NCBI GenBank assembly: GCA_026770705.1
Contig: JANJGN010000121.1
Coordinates: 124,001 to 188,000 of the forward strand
Source: Isurus oxyrinchus
Lineage: Eukaryota
Direction: 5' to 3'
DNA: 64,000 nucleotides
The position numbers were made by a program, and so were the translations under genes. Shown here one piece after another: positions 62,120 to 64,000 of this stretch; position 1 is the first letter of the stretch, and every line of letters begins with the position of its first letter. A model generated the notes under the pieces. The model saw nothing but the letters and a program-made list of their open reading frames with translations, was not told the origin of the DNA and made no database searches.

Positions 62120-63365
62120 CTGTACTGAAGAGGTGCTGCACTGTCAGAGGGTCAGTACTGAGGGAGTGCTGCACTGTCAGAGGGTCAGTACTGAGGGAGT
62201 GCTGCACTGTCAGAGGGTCAGTACTGAGGAAGTGCTGCACTGTCAGAGGGTCAGTACTGAGGGAGTGCTGCACTGTCAGAGAGTCAGTACTGAGGGAGTG
62301 CTGCACTGTCAGAGGGTCAGTACTGAGGGAGTGCTGCACTGTCAGAGGGTCAGTACTGAAGCAATGCTGCACTGTCAGAGGGTCAGTATTGAGGGAGTGC
62401 TGCACTGTCAGAGGGTCAGTACTGAGGGAGTGCTGCACTGTAAGAGAGTCAGTACTGAAGCAATGCTGCACTGTCAGAGGGTCAGTACTGAAGAGGGACC
62501 CTGAGAATGTGAAAGGTGTGATATCAATGTAGGTTCCTTCACCACAAAGCACTTAATTCAGGCAGACACTTCAGTTCAGTACTGAGGGAGTGCTGTATTG
62601 TTGGAGGGTCAGTACTGATGGAGTGCTGCACTGTTGGAGGGTCAGTACTGAGGTAGTGCTGCACTGTGGGAGGGTCAGTACTGAGGGAGAGCTGCCCTCT
62701 TGGCGCGTGAGTACTGATGACCTGCTGCACTGTTGGAGGGCAGGTACTGTGAAAGCTGCACTGCCGCATAGTCAGTACTGAGCAAGTACTTCACTGTCAG
62801 AGAATCAGTACTGAGGGAGTGCTGAACTGTTGGAGGATCAGTACTGAGGGAGTGCTGCACTGTTGGAGGATCAGGACTGAGGGAGTGGTGCACTGTCGGA
62901 GGGTCAGTACTGATGGACTGCTGCACTGTTGGAAGATCAGTACTGAGGGAGTGCTGCACTGTCGGAGGGTCAGTACTGATGGAGTGGTGCACTGTCAGAG
63001 GGTCAGTACTGAGGGAGTGCTGCACTGTTGGAGGGTCAGTACTGAGGGAGTGCTGCACTGTTGGAGGGTCAGTACTAGGGGAGTGTTGCACTGTTGGAGG
63101 GCCAGTACTGGAAGAGTGCTGCACTCTCGGAGGGTCAGTACTTAGGGAATGCTGCACTGTCGGAGGGTCAGTACTGAGGGAGTGCTGCACTGTCGGAGGG
63201 TCAGTAATTAGGGAGCTCTGCACTGTTGGAGGGTCAGTACTGAGGGAGTGCTGCACTGTTGGAGGGTCAATACTTAGGGAATGCTGCACTGCCAGAGGGT
63301 CAGTACTGAGGGAGTGCTGCACTGTTGGAGGGTCAGTAATTAGGGAGATCTGCACTGTCGGAGGG
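62120..63365. repeat. 33-bp satellite array
   Basis: Tandem units. Confidence 0.92.
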
Positions 63366-63366
63366 T

Positions 63367-64000
63367 GATAAGACCATAAGACCACAGGACGTCAGAGCAG
63401 AAGGAGGCCATTCGGCCAATCAACTCTGCTCCGCCATTCAATGACACCATGGCTGATCTGACAATCCTCAACTCCACTTTCCTGCCTCTTCCCCATAGCC
63501 TTTGATTCCCTGACTGATTAAAAAACTGTGTATCTCAGCCTTGAATATAATTAATGACCCAGCCTCTGCAGCTCTCTGCAGTAAAGAATTCCACACATTC
63601 ACTACCCTCTGAGAGAAGAAACTCCTCATCTCTGTCTTAAATGGGTGACCCCTTACTCTGAGATTATGCCCTCTGGTCCTAGACTCTCCCACAATGGGAA
63701 ACAACCTCTCAGCATCTACCCTGTCAAGCACCCTAAGAATCTTATATGTTTCAATAAGGTCAGCTCTCATTCTCCTAAACTCCAATGAGTACAGGCCCAT
63801 CCTACTCAACCTCTCCTCATATGAAAATCCCTCCATTACTGGGATCAACTTAGTGAACCTTCTCTGGACTGCCTCCGATGCCAGTACATCTTTACTTAGA
63901 TAAGGGAACCAAAACTGCTCACAGTATTCTAGGTGTGGTCTAACTAGTGCCTTGTATAGTTTTAGCAAGGCTTCCCTATTTTTATACTCCTTTCCCTTTG
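63367..64000 (-). mobile_element. CR1 LINE 3' end (paralog of 6628-7290)
   Basis: ORF 63468-63968 with the same CR1 motifs. Confidence 0.93.

Larger units (their letters stand above)
52450..64000 (+). repeat. Direct segmental duplicate of ~121-7260
   Basis: Collinear shared satellites, LINEs and exons; differs by a Penelope insertion, VNTR length and an internal duplication (60615-60990 / 62498-62870). Confidence 0.92.

Noticed and set aside
62112-63385. TVQHSLSTDPP / LRECCTVGGSV mucin-like or Cys-rich ORFs (also near 6200, 7600-8450, 15085, 29000, 45600)
   Set aside because: 33-bp SINE-derived satellite with no splice context

Overview
Vertebrate genomic DNA, most likely from a shark or ray (inferred from SacSINE1/DeuSINE-like, CR1/L2 and Penelope repeats). 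It holds a tandem, partly rearranged cluster of Siglec/MAG/CD22-like Ig-superfamily receptor genes. All exon models were rebuilt by hand from GT-AG sites and phases and have no transcript support. Gene A (minus, 2360-11994) has signal peptide, V-set with Siglec cysteines and the F-strand Arg, C2, an Ig exon that lost its splice donor, TM and a tail with three YxN motifs. Gene B (minus, 23366-28036, 5' end not found) has two Ig exons, TM and an ITIM+ITSM tail. Gene C (minus, 47778-51395, disrupted) ends in a TM carrying an Arg followed by a short tyrosine-free tail, i.e. activating type. Gene D (minus, 55975 to window end) is a recent duplicate of A. Gene E (plus, 33244-34399) is a divergent V-set cut off by Gypsy sequence. 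The membrane-proximal Ig exon is almost identical in A, B, C and D while the tails fall into three signalling classes, the pattern of a paired-receptor system. The rest is LINE, SINE, LTR and Penelope debris, minisatellites, a 2.2-kb inverted duplication carrying a putative promoter, and two assembly gaps. Most ORFs in the track are repeat artefacts.
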